Shown: positions 8,858 through 18,326 of the stretch, piece after piece
Layout of the letters: every line of letters begins with the position of its first letter
How positions within the stretch are numbered: position 1 is the first letter of the stretch
Source of the DNA: an uncultured bacterium
GTDB lineage: Bacteria; Auribacterota; Erginobacteria; Erginobacterales; Erginobacteraceae
Assembly (NCBI GenBank): GCA_937885075.1
Contig: CAKZYZ010000354.1
Location: forward strand, 1 to 47,775
Direction: 5' to 3'
DNA length: 47,775 bases
Translations under genes and position numbers: made by a program
The notes under the pieces: model-generated
What the model saw: the letters and a program-made list of their open reading frames with translations, nothing else
Told to the model about the DNA's origin: nothing
Database searches by the model: none

Positions 8858-10345
8858 ATGAAAGACAGACGATTCATACTGGCCCGGACCAGGCTTCTGG
8901 TCCCGTTGAGTGACGCGCTGGGAGAGGATACCCGGATTACCGACGGGTATGTCCTGACCGACGGTTCCCGGATTAAAGAGGTGGGTTGCTACTCTCCAGA
9001 ACGGGGGAGAGAGATTGTCGCGGAGTGTGGCAGCGAGCTACTGGTCCTGGGAGCGGAACCGAAGGACTCATATTCCGAGGAGGATATCCCGATGCTTGAC
9101 GGGGTGGCCCTTCCCGGATTTATCAAGTGCCACGGGCACGACCATGAGTCGCCGATCATCGGGATCTCCAAGGATGAGCCACTGGTTGACTGGCTTGATC
9201 ATACCGTAAATATGTTTACCGGCTTTATGAATACCCGGAGGGAAGAGTTGACCGAACGCTTCGGGAAGTCACCCAATCTGATCCCTTACCTTAAGGCCCG
9301 CCTTGACGATATCCACTACGGGATTACCTCCTGCCTGGTAAATCATACCAGTTTCAACAAATACCGGATTGATGATCTGGTCTCTGCCAATCTGGCGTCC
9401 GGGAGTAAGATGACGATCGCGGTAGGGAGTTCCGATCAGAACTATGACCCGCGGGTAATGGAGACAATCGATCAGGCGGTAGATCGCCTGGAGCAGGCGC
9501 AAAAATCGTTTGGCGAGACCGAAAGGGTCGAGATCATCCCCGGCCCGGATCAGATATTTTCCAACAGCCCCGAGATGCTCTCCGCCCTGAAGAATTGGGC
9601 CGACCGTTACGGCAAACTGGTCCACGTGCATAGTTCCGAGGAGCCGGATACCACCCGGTGGTTCGCTGAAGAGTACGGCAAAACCCCGATTGAGATGGCC
9701 GCGAGCGCGGGTTTTCTAAATTCATACACCCTCCTGGCCCACCAGTGCAACAGTACCGACCGAGATCTGGAGATAATCCGGGAGTCGGGCGCGACCGTGG
9801 TCCACAACCCGCTGGCCAATACCATCATCGGCGATGGGATGCCGCCGATCATCCGGATGATGGAGATGGGTATCCCGGTCGTGATCTCCACCGATGGCGC
9901 CGGGGCGGCCGACAATCAGAACATCATCAACGCCGCCCGCCTGGCCGCCCAGTATCAGAAAGCCTATCACCGGGATGCCACGCTCCTCCCCTCACTCACC
10001 CTGCTGAAGATGATCACCGTTGACGCGGCCCGGGCCCTCCGGTTAAACGCGGGACGGCTGGAAGAGGGCAAAGACGCCGATTTCATCATCCTCGATCTCA
10101 AACCTTCGAACCTGGTCCCCAGCCGGGCCGACAATATAATTGAAAATATTATTTGGGCCGCGGACGGCAATGAAGTACAATGGATGGTAGCTAACGGACT
10201 GTTGCTCCGGGATGACTATCGGGCAGTCCGCCTGGACGAGAAGATGATCAAAAAAGAAACCCAGCAGCTCTCGGAATTAATGATTGAATTCAGGGATCGC
10301 ACGGAAGAGATTGTCGCCACCGGGATAAGAGGTGAACAGAACTGA
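8858..10345 (+). CDS. Amidohydrolase family metal-dependent deaminase (MTA/SAH or purine deaminase-like)
   Basis: LPGFIKCHGH (HxH), HVHSSE, LAH, HNPLAN, STDG, GRLEEGKDADF motifs. Confidence 0.9.
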   Translation: MKDRRFILARTRLLVPLSDALGEDTRITDGYVLTDGSRIKEVGCYSPERGREIVAECGSELLVLGAEPKDSYSEEDIPMLDGVALPGFIKCHGHDHESPIIGISKDEPLVDWLDHTVNMFTGFMNTRREELTERFGKSPNLIPYLKARLDDIHYGITSCLVNHTSFNKYRIDDLVSANLASGSKMTIAVGSSDQNYDPRVMETIDQAVDRLEQAQKSFGETERVEIIPGPDQIFSNSPEMLSALKNWADRYGKLVHVHSSEEPDTTRWFAEEYGKTPIEMAASAGFLNSYTLLAHQCNSTDRDLEIIRESGATVVHNPLANTIIGDGMPPIIRMMEMGIPVVISTDGAGAADNQNIINAARLAAQYQKAYHRDATLLPSLTLLKMITVDAARALRLNAGRLEEGKDADFIILDLKPSNLVPSRADNIIENIIWAADGNEVQWMVANGLLLRDDYRAVRLDEKMIKKETQQLSELMIEFRDRTEEIVATGIRGEQN

Positions 10346-11499
10346 AAAACCGTTTCCAGCTCAGTAAGGCGATTGCCAACCTCACGCCGATAGGGGCTCT
10401 CATCCTGGCCCTGATGGTCGGGGTGGTGATGCTGGTGCTGATGGGGGTCAACCCGATTATCGCCTTCGGGGCTCTCCTTAACGGGGCCTTCGGTAATAAG
10501 TTCGCCCTGGCCAACACGGTGGTAAAAGCGACCCCGATCCTCTTTGTCGGCCTGGGGATCTGTATCTCTTTCCGGGCCGGAGCCTTGAATATCGGAGGGG
10601 AAGGGCAGTTGGTGGTTGGCGGCCTCGCGTCTATCTCGATCGCCCTGGCGATACCGGAATGGCCCGGCTGGATGGTTATCACCTTAGCCTGTCTGGGAGG
10701 GATGATCGCCGGAGCGATCTGGGGCGGAATCGCCGGGGTGCTCAAGGCCTATTTTAAAGTAAATGAGGTCCTCTCCACGATCATGCTCAACTATATCGCC
10801 GTCTATCTGATGACCTTTCTAATCCACGGCGTATTGATGGACCCGAAACAGAGAGAGAGCGGATCCTTTATCCCGGAGACGGCGCGGATCGCCCGATCCT
10901 GCGACCTGCCCCGTCTTATTCCCACCCGTGCCCATCTGGGGATTGTGATCGCGATTGTCTTAGCCTTCGCGGTCTATCTCTTTCTCTGGCGGACCACGAT
11001 CGGGTTTCGCCTCCGCATGGTGGGAAAGAGCCCACGGGCCTCTCTCAACGCCGGAGTCAATGTCAAGAGTTACACGATCCTGGCACTTCTGCTGGGCGGG
11101 GCCTTCGCCGGACTGGGAGGCGCGGTAGAGATACTGGGGACCCGCTATAATATGTTCACCGATAGTTCGATGTCCTGTTTCACCTCCAGCGCGGGCTTCA
11201 ATGGAATTGTGGCTGCCCTCTTCGGGCAGCTTCATCCGATCGGGGCTATCCCGGCCTCATTCCTGCTGGGCGCCCTCCTCTCCGGGGCTCAGAAGATGCA
11301 GCGGGTGGTCCAGGTACCCTCCGCCCTGATCGGGACATTGAACGGTTTAATAGTCCTTTTCGTGGTAGGGAGCGAGGTCATCCGCCGGCGTCTCTCATCC
11401 CGGGCCGAGCTTTCGGCGGAGAAAGAAGCCGACTTCAAAAGGCCTGATGACTCGGACTTCGAAGAGTCCGGACAGGACGGAGAAGACGGTAAGCAGTAA
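10342..11499 (+). CDS. Nucleoside/sugar (CUT2/Nup-type) ABC transporter permease; probable CTG start
   Basis: NIGGEGQ, NEVLSTIMLNY, GFNGIVAALFG motifs. Frame is open back to CTG 10342, overlapping the upstream TGA, with GAGGTG 7 nt before; first ATG is 10414. Confidence 0.85.
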   Translation: MKNRFQLSKAIANLTPIGALILALMVGVVMLVLMGVNPIIAFGALLNGAFGNKFALANTVVKATPILFVGLGICISFRAGALNIGGEGQLVVGGLASISIALAIPEWPGWMVITLACLGGMIAGAIWGGIAGVLKAYFKVNEVLSTIMLNYIAVYLMTFLIHGVLMDPKQRESGSFIPETARIARSCDLPRLIPTRAHLGIVIAIVLAFAVYLFLWRTTIGFRLRMVGKSPRASLNAGVNVKSYTILALLLGGAFAGLGGAVEILGTRYNMFTDSSMSCFTSSAGFNGIVAALFGQLHPIGAIPASFLLGALLSGAQKMQRVVQVPSALIGTLNGLIVLFVVGSEVIRRRLSSRAELSAEKEADFKRPDDSDFEESGQDGEDGKQ

Positions 11500-12073
11500 A
11501 CAGTAAACAGTAAGCAGTAATCTGTGAGCGGTAAGCGGTTGGCCGAGCACCGTAGTGTTGATTTTACCGCTTACTGCTAACTGTTTACCGCTTACTATTT
11601 TTGACAGGACGATTAAGAAAGCAAAAAAACTTAAAGGCAGGACGATTACAGGCAGGACGATTAAAAAAGCAAAGAATTAAAGGCAGAATGATTACGGGCC
11701 CCGAATGGAATTAGGGGGGGACTTGAATGATTAAAAGATAGACTGATTAAAATTGGAATAAATATAGGCAGAATAACAATTGGGATGTTGTTTTAATATT
11801 TTTAAAAGCAGGTGCGAGGTGAGGCTAATCATTCTGCCCGTAATCATTCTGCCTTATAAGGGGCCGAGGTGGGGGGCAGTATAAAGACTGAACATCGAAC
11901 GTCGAACGCTCAACTTCGAACGTCGAACGAAAAGAGGCTGAGGCAAGGCATCAATTAGTGTGAATTAGTGTAATTAGTGGACTGCAAAGCCGCCAAGCCG
12001 AGGCGTAACAATCAGAGTAATCAGAGTAATCCGTGGACAAAAAGGGGCCGAGGTAGGGGGAAATAGTCCTGTC
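11488..12073 (+). repeat. Nested modular intergenic repeat array between the two permeases
   Basis: GTAAGCA 7-mer hairpin (11488-11597), GACAGGACGATT and GGCAGAATGATT arms, their inverse AATCATTCTGCC and AATAGTCCTGTC, TCGAAC and ATTAGTGTA/ATCAGAGTA modules separated by GCCGAGG linkers. Confidence 0.85.
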
Positions 12074-12084
12074 AGAGCAAAGCT

Positions 12085-13005
12085 ATGTTGAAAGAAACAA
12101 TAATCGGAATCGCCGGATCGGGGATCCGACTGGCTACGCCCTATCTCTATGCCGCGATCGGGGAGGCCTTCGGGCAGCTCTCCGGGGTGCTCAACTTAGG
12201 CGTTGACGGGATCATGCTGATGGGCTCCTTCGCGGCCTTCTTCGTAGCCTTCAAGACCGGGAGTCTGCTCCTGGGGCTTCTGGCGGCGGTTATCGTAGGC
12301 GGTCTGATGGGGCTCTTCATGGCCTTTATCAGCGTGACCATGCAGGCGGAGCAGGGGATCAGCGGGATTGGTCTCTACCTCTTCGGGTTGGGATTGAGCG
12401 AGTTGCTCTTCAAGAAGATGCTGGGAACGGTGCAGACCGTAAATGGCTTCGCGCCGGTGCCGATCCCGCTGCTGGCAAAGATCCCGATTCTGGGGGAGAT
12501 CTTCTTCCAGCAGAATGTCCTGGTCTACGGGGCGTTTCTTCTGGTGCCGGTGGCCTGGTTTGTTATCAACAAAACACCATTAGGGCTCAAGGTCCGGGCG
12601 GCGGGCCAGAATCCGCAGGCGGCGGACTCCCTGGGGGTGAATATCAATCGGGTCCGTTATCTGGCGGTAACGGTGGGGGGAATGCTCGCCGGGATAGCCG
12701 GAGCATCGCTCTCGATCGCTCTCCTTAATCTCTTCCAGCAGAATATCACCAACGGGATGGGATTTATCGCGGTGGCACTGGTCTATTTCGGACGCTGGCG
12801 CCCGATGGGGATACTGGTAGGGGCGCTCCTCTTCAGCATGGTCAACGCCTTTCAGATCTGGGCCCAGGTCCAGGGGATCGGAATACCGCCCGACTTCATG
12901 CTGATGATCCCCTATATTATTACCATTGTGGTCCTGGCGGCAATGGTGAAACAGCGTGTCCGGAGTCCGGCGGCGCTGAATAAGCCGTTTGAGAGAGGAG
13001 AATGA
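12085..13005 (+). CDS. Nucleoside/sugar ABC transporter permease (second subunit)
   Basis: GE...SGVLNLGVDG, GLKVRAAGQNP.AADSLG, GMGFIAVALV.FGRW.P motifs. Confidence 0.9.
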   Translation: MLKETIIGIAGSGIRLATPYLYAAIGEAFGQLSGVLNLGVDGIMLMGSFAAFFVAFKTGSLLLGLLAAVIVGGLMGLFMAFISVTMQAEQGISGIGLYLFGLGLSELLFKKMLGTVQTVNGFAPVPIPLLAKIPILGEIFFQQNVLVYGAFLLVPVAWFVINKTPLGLKVRAAGQNPQAADSLGVNINRVRYLAVTVGGMLAGIAGASLSIALLNLFQQNITNGMGFIAVALVYFGRWRPMGILVGALLFSMVNAFQIWAQVQGIGIPPDFMLMIPYIITIVVLAAMVKQRVRSPAALNKPFERGE

Positions 13006-13010
13006 GTCAA

Positions 13011-13465
13011 GAGGTAGAAGCAGGGAAAAGCAGGGAGAAGAACAACAAGTTTAAAGTGCCTAAAGTGCGCTAAAGTGCCTAAAGTTGTTCGCTTTCGCCT
13101 AGATTTCAGGCTTCTGGCTTCAAAGAAAATAGATACGAGACAGGGGATAGCGGAATGTCCAATATCCAACGGCCAATAACCAATCTCCAAATGCGAATGG
13201 CCAACATTGCAGGTGAATTTGGAAATCAACCTTCGCTAAATCCCCGAAACAAGTTCGGGATGCAAGCACTTTGGCGGACCTGTTGGAAATTCATTATGGG
13301 GCCGAGGGAGGGATTGGTAATCAGTAATCAGTGATCGGTAATCAGTCACCGGGTGGCTGAGTGTTCTTTTACTGGTAACCGATTACTGATTACTGATTAC
13401 TATCCTTTTAAAGGGGCCGCGGCAGGGGGGATTCTTGCGTATTTTGCGTCTTTTTGCGGCTAATA
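13011..13465 (+). repeat. Modular intergenic repeat array
   Basis: TAAAGTGCC 9-mers (13051-13086; inverse copy 21405-21440), CCAAT 7-mers, GTAATCA hairpin (13311-13405), linker and TTGCG module. Confidence 0.8.
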
Positions 13466-13698
13466 TAGGAGCCGGGGGGGAGTTGTTTGATTTTTGATGC
13501 TTGTAATTTCTAATTAATCCGCGGCTGCCGCGAAGATACCGGACAGGAGGTGATGATCAGGCAGCAGAGAAAAAGCTGGAATTGAATTTAACCGGCGAAA
13601 AAGTCATGCCTGTTTCTCAAAATTATTCGTCGAAAGCAAAAGTTTTAACAATTATCTTATTTTTCCGGAGGAAAAATAAGATAGGGAGGAGAGAAAGA

Positions 13699-14673
13699 AT
13701 GAAATTAAGGAATTTAATAGTAGGGTTAGTCGCGCTGGCGCTGATATTGACCGGGCTCACCTCGGGCGCCGAGGCCAAACCGTTCCGGGTAGCCTGGGTC
13801 ATGCCCAGTACCATCAACGATTACGGTTGGTGCCAGTCTTTTTATGAAGCTCTGGTTGAGATTCAGAAGGAGATGGGGGGAAAAGATAAATTTGAATTCA
13901 CTTATTCCGAACTTCTCTTCATGCTGGATGACGCTGATGCCGCGATCCGAGATTATGCCAGCCAGGGATATGATCTGGTTGTAGCTCATGGCTCCCAGTA
14001 CGGCAGTCTCCTCAAGAATATCGCTCCGGATTTCCCTGAAATCAGTTTTTGCTGGGGTACCGGCGGAGATCCTTTTACCGATCTGGGGATCAAAAATGTC
14101 TTTGGATACAGCAACCTGGCTGATCAGTCCGGTTTCGCCATGGGCGCTCTGGCGGGAAAATTAACCAATAGCGGAATCATCGGCTGGGTTGGTCCGGTTG
14201 AGGCCAGTTCAACCAAGTCATTCGCCGATGGTTTCAAAAAGGGGGTTAAATATACCAATCCCACCGCCAAGGTTAATGTAACCTGGACCGGTTCCTACTC
14301 CGACCTGGCTCTGGCCTCCGAGGCGGCCCAGGCCCATATCGCCGCCGGCGCCGATGTACTGGCCGGTCACGCTCAGATCCAGGTAGCCATTATTAACGCC
14401 TGCGCGCAGAAAGGGGTATATTTTCTCGGTGCTCAATCCAATCAGATCCCCTTCAAGCCTGATACCGTAGTAGCGAGTCAGGTCAATATGTGGAAGGTAG
14501 CACTGGCGCCAATGATTAAGGCGATTCAGGGCGGCAAACTGGGCGGAGAAAAATTTGAGCTGACTTTAGAGAACGGTGGCCAGGTGATTGTGGTTAACGA
14601 TCCGCTGCTGCAGAAGGCCTTCATCGGTGATACCGTCCAGAAGATCATCGACGGCAAGATCAAGACGGACTGA
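13699..14673 (+). CDS. BMP family ABC substrate-binding protein (purine/nucleoside type)
   Basis: Signal peptide; INDYGW, YASQGYDLVVAHG, GWVG, GSYSD motifs; ATG 13699 with GGAGGAG RBS. Confidence 0.9.
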   Translation: MKLRNLIVGLVALALILTGLTSGAEAKPFRVAWVMPSTINDYGWCQSFYEALVEIQKEMGGKDKFEFTYSELLFMLDDADAAIRDYASQGYDLVVAHGSQYGSLLKNIAPDFPEISFCWGTGGDPFTDLGIKNVFGYSNLADQSGFAMGALAGKLTNSGIIGWVGPVEASSTKSFADGFKKGVKYTNPTAKVNVTWTGSYSDLALASEAAQAHIAAGADVLAGHAQIQVAIINACAQKGVYFLGAQSNQIPFKPDTVVASQVNMWKVALAPMIKAIQGGKLGGEKFELTLENGGQVIVVNDPLLQKAFIGDTVQKIIDGKIKTD

Positions 14674-14689
14674 ACAAGAAGTAAGGGAC

Positions 14690-15070
14690 GAATATCCAAT
14701 GACCAATGTCCAATATGAAGGGATCGGTAATCAGTAACCAGTGATCGGTGATCAGTCAGCCGGGTGGCCAGGTGTTCTTTTACTGATAACTGATCACCGC
14801 TTACTGATTACTATCCTTTTGAAGGGGCCGAGGTAGGGGGATCAATCAGTGCAAATCTGTGTAATCCGTGGACAAAAAAAAGGGGGGGAGGTAGGGGGGG
14901 TAAATTAGTGTACATTAGTGTAATTAGTGGACTGCAAAGCCGCCAAGCCAAGGTGAAACAATTCGCGCAATTCGTGTAATTCGTAGTTCATTTAAGCGAC
15001 CGGCCGAAGCGAAACAATCAGAGTAATCCGTGTAATCTGTGGACAAAAAGAAGGGGCCGAGGTAGGGGGA
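14690..15070 (+). repeat. Modular intergenic repeat array including composite repeat copy 2
   Basis: 14719-14954 matches 2609-2842; further ATTCGTGTA and ATCCGTGTA modules; exact 20-mer AAGGGGCCGAGGTAGGGGGA at 14822 and 15051. Confidence 0.9.
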
Positions 15071-15103
15071 AACAAAAGAAGTAATCAGTGGACTGAACCG
15101 AAG

Positions 15104-16657
15104 ATGACTACCGACCAGACAGCAATCAATTTAATCAAGGTGGACTCCCTGGAGGCCCGGGGGATCGTGAAACGATTCCCCGGGGTCCTGGCCAACGACC
15201 ATATTGACTTCGAAGTCCATGCCGGTGAAGTACATTCGCTCCTGGGAGAGAACGGAGCGGGCAAGTCCACCCTGATGAAAATCCTCTACGGGATGTATCA
15301 GCCCGACGAGGGGGAGATTTTGGTCAACGGCAAGGTGGTCCGGATCCGTTCCCCTCTCGACGCCATGAGCCACGGGATCGGAATGGTCCATCAGCACTTC
15401 ATGCTGGTTCCGACCCTTACGGTGACCGAGAATATAGCTCTGGGTCTTCCTTCCTCGCGGAAAGTTCTTCTGGACCTGGACGTGGTGGCCCGGCGGATTG
15501 AGGAGTTGGCTGCTATCTATCATCTCCAGATAAACCCCAAAGCGCCGGTCTGGCAGCTCTCAGTGGGGGAGCAGCAGCGGGTGGAGATCCTGAAGGTTCT
15601 CTACCGGGGCGCTTCGGTCCTGATCCTGGATGAGCCGACCGCGGTCCTGACCCCCCAGGAGGTGGATGGTCTCTTCAAGACTCTCCACAAGATGGTGGCT
15701 CAGGGCCACGCCCTGGTCTTTATCAGCCACAAGCTCTGGGAGGTGATGGCTCTCTCCAATCGGGTGACGGTACTTCATACCGGGCGGATGGTAGGAGAGT
15801 TGCCGATTGAGGAGGCGGACGAGAGGAAGCTGGCCAGTATGATGGTGGGGCGGGATTTTCTGATGCGGGTGGATCATCCGGAGGTGGAGATGGGGGAGGT
15901 TCATCTGGAGCTGAAAGGGATCCGGGCTCTGGGGGAGAGCGGACTGGAGTCGCTCAAGGGAGTTGATCTCCGGATACGGTCCGGTGAGATCCTGGGATTG
16001 GCCGGGGTTTCGGGGAACGGACAGCGGGATCTGGCCGAGGTGATCGCCGGGTTGAGACCTCCGACGGCCGGGGAGGTCTTCATGGAGGGGGTGGACGTGA
16101 CCGGCTGGACCCCGGCGAAACTACTGGAGCACGGTCTCTCCTATATCCCGGAGGCGCGGATGGTTGATGGAACAGTGGGTGATTTTTCTGTTTCGGAGAA
16201 TCTGATTATGAAGGATCATACCTACCCACCCTATGCCGATGGAATCTTCATGAACTTCAAGAATATCGCGAAAGAAAGCAAGCGATTGGTCGAGACATTC
16301 GATATCAAGACCCCTTCCATAGCTACTCCGATCAAGAACCTCTCCGGGGGGAATATCCAGAAGCTGATTCTGGCCCGGGAGATATCGAGAGGACCGCGGG
16401 TACTGGTCGCGGCCCAGCCGACCCGGGGACTGGATATCCGGGCAACCGAGTATGTGCGGCGGCGGATCACCGAGCAGCGGGAGAAGGGAGTTACCACGCT
16501 CCTGATTTCGGAGGATCTCGATGAGATTCTCTCGCTCTCCGACCGGATCGCGGTGATCTTCGAGGGAGAGATCATGGGGGTGGTGGACCGGGATGATGCC
16601 ACGTTTGAGAATTTGGGGCTGATGATGGGGGGGAGGAAGATGGAGACTGAAGAATGA
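15104..16657 (+). CDS. ABC transporter ATP-binding protein (tandem ATPase, CUT2 type)
   Basis: GENGAGKSTL, LSVGEQQRVE, LILDEPT, second domain LSGGNIQK, QPTRGLD. Confidence 0.95.
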   Translation: MTTDQTAINLIKVDSLEARGIVKRFPGVLANDHIDFEVHAGEVHSLLGENGAGKSTLMKILYGMYQPDEGEILVNGKVVRIRSPLDAMSHGIGMVHQHFMLVPTLTVTENIALGLPSSRKVLLDLDVVARRIEELAAIYHLQINPKAPVWQLSVGEQQRVEILKVLYRGASVLILDEPTAVLTPQEVDGLFKTLHKMVAQGHALVFISHKLWEVMALSNRVTVLHTGRMVGELPIEEADERKLASMMVGRDFLMRVDHPEVEMGEVHLELKGIRALGESGLESLKGVDLRIRSGEILGLAGVSGNGQRDLAEVIAGLRPPTAGEVFMEGVDVTGWTPAKLLEHGLSYIPEARMVDGTVGDFSVSENLIMKDHTYPPYADGIFMNFKNIAKESKRLVETFDIKTPSIATPIKNLSGGNIQKLILAREISRGPRVLVAAQPTRGLDIRATEYVRRRITEQREKGVTTLLISEDLDEILSLSDRIAVIFEGEIMGVVDRDDATFENLGLMMGGRKMETEE

Positions 16658-16684
16658 ACTTCGAACTAAAACAAAAAGACAATT

Positions 16685-16945
16685 AGACAAGACGATTTAG
16701 GGACAGGACGATTAAAAGCAAAAAGAATTGTGGCAGGACGATTATAGGCAGGACGATTAAAAAGCAAAAAAACTTAAAGGCAGAATGATTACGGGCAGAA
16801 TGATTAAAAAGCAAAGGAATTAAAGGCGGAATGATTAAAAGAAAAATAATATAGCCCGAGGCGAGGCTAATCATTCTGCCCCAAATTATTCTGCCTTAAA
16901 AGGCCCGAAGTGAGGCAAATCGTCCTGACTGTAATAGTCCTGCCA
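16685..16945 (+). repeat. Nested inverted repeat array (CAGGACGATT outer arms, CAGAATGATT inner arms); empty GxxExxY-type site
   Basis: Tandem ~45-bp left units, then GCCCGAGGCGAGGC-TAATCATTCTGCC and GCCCGAAGTGAGGC-AAATCGTCCTG right arms. Confidence 0.85.
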
Positions 16946-17147
16946 TAAAAAAGGGGGTGAAGTGGGGGGAGAAGGATCAGAAAGTGACAACTTTAAATCA
17001 GGACAATTTTGGATATTGGGTATTGGTTGACTTCGCCAAGGATACGGCGGACAAGTTGAAAATTTAATAAGGAGGTAGTGAATGGTTTAGATGAAGTAGT
17101 ATTGTGATAAAATCGGGTTAAATGTCTAAACGAATGGAGGAGAAGTC

Positions 17148-18185
17148 ATGAGAGTACGATGGATGTCTTCTGTTGTAGCAGTGTTAATGGTTGTTGGTAC
17201 TATGATCTGCGGAAGCTGGAGTGAAGGCGCGGATGAGGCCGCGCCCAAGAGCGTACGGATAGCGGTTGTTAATTCTTTGATCAAGGAGCTGCCCTGGAAC
17301 ACCGGGCTGGTCCAGGCACTGGAGCGGGTGAGCGAAGAGAAGCCGTTCGGCCTGACGGTGAAATGGGACTTCGTGGAGAATGTCAGCAATGCCGACGCGC
17401 AGCGGGTGATGAACGAACTGGCCAAGACCGGCAAGTACGATATCATCTGGGGGCATGACCCTTATCCCGAGGCCGTGAAAGTCCTGAGCAAAAAGTATCC
17501 GGATATCCTCTGGGTGATTGCCGGAGCCGGAAACGAGGTTATCGGTCCCAATGTTTACTGGGTTGATGAATTTCTTCACGAGGCGGGATACCTCTGCGGG
17601 ATGATCGCGGGGATGATGACCAAGACCGATGTGGTCAGTGTGGTCGCTTCCTACCCCTATCCTCCCATCAATCTTCCCGTCAATGGATTTTTTGATGGAG
17701 CCAAGGCGGTCAACCCCAAGGTTAAGGGAAAGGTAACCTACATTGAAGCCTGGCTCGACCCGATGAAGGCCAAAGAGTCGGCCCTGGCTCAGATCGCGGC
17801 CGGTTCGGACTTTGTCTATGCCGAGCGCTTCGGCCCTTTTGAAGCCTGCAAGGAGAAGGGTGTCGGCGCTTTTGGTCATATGGTTGACCAGTGGGATATC
17901 ACTCCCGAAGTGGTTGTTTCCAGCACCATGTATATGTGGGATCCGGTTATTAAGTATGTCATCAAGGACTGGCTTAACTTTAAAAAGACCGGCAAACCCC
18001 TGAACGCTCCCCAGGAGCGGATCATCTTCACCATGAAGAATGGCGGAGTCGATATCGCCCCCTACCATCTCTGGGATAAAAAGATACCCCAGAAGGTCAA
18101 GGACGCGGTCGCGCAGGCGAAGAAGGATATCATCAGCGGAAAACTGGTGGTTCCCCAGCGTCCGGAGAAAGCGGTCTCCGATTGA
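17148..18185 (+). CDS. Second BMP family ABC substrate-binding protein
   Basis: Signal peptide; PWN, YDIIWGH, GYLCGMIAG, W.DP.KAKE.ALAQI..G.D motifs. Confidence 0.9.
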   Translation: MRVRWMSSVVAVLMVVGTMICGSWSEGADEAAPKSVRIAVVNSLIKELPWNTGLVQALERVSEEKPFGLTVKWDFVENVSNADAQRVMNELAKTGKYDIIWGHDPYPEAVKVLSKKYPDILWVIAGAGNEVIGPNVYWVDEFLHEAGYLCGMIAGMMTKTDVVSVVASYPYPPINLPVNGFFDGAKAVNPKVKGKVTYIEAWLDPMKAKESALAQIAAGSDFVYAERFGPFEACKEKGVGAFGHMVDQWDITPEVVVSSTMYMWDPVIKYVIKDWLNFKKTGKPLNAPQERIIFTMKNGGVDIAPYHLWDKKIPQKVKDAVAQAKKDIISGKLVVPQRPEKAVSD

Positions 18186-18213
18186 TCCTTTAAAATTTAA
18201 CCTACCATCGAAT

Positions 18214-18252
18214 AAAGCCCGTTTCTGCCCGGCGGGGCGGAAGCGGGCTTTT
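18214..18252. terminator. Probable bidirectional intrinsic terminator between convergent operons
   Basis: AAAGCCCGTTTCTGCCC...GGGCGGAAGCGGGCTTTT stem with A/T tails. Confidence 0.7.
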
Positions 18253-18326
18253 GCCCATAATAGCTTTTATTATTCCCGGCGTCGACGCGCTGAATAAATT
18301 TGCCCGAACGAAGTGAGGGGAAGTTC

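Noticed and set aside
13553-13585. 10-aa leader peptide MIRQQRKSWN after AGGAGG
   Set aside because: Too short, RBS spacing is tight and no attenuator structure is evident.
2609-16945. Classical integron attC cassette array
   Set aside because: No integrase in the window, no clear RYYYAAC...GTTRRRY boxes, and the flanked genes form an ordinary operon; only a loose analogy is kept.
2793-17446. Long antisense and alternate-frame ORFs (e.g. 2793-3755, 6441-7289, 16121-16690, 17184-18068; also 22347-23093, 24690-25301, 43956-44636)
   Set aside because: They shadow well-supported genes in GC-rich coding DNA and have no recognisable motifs.
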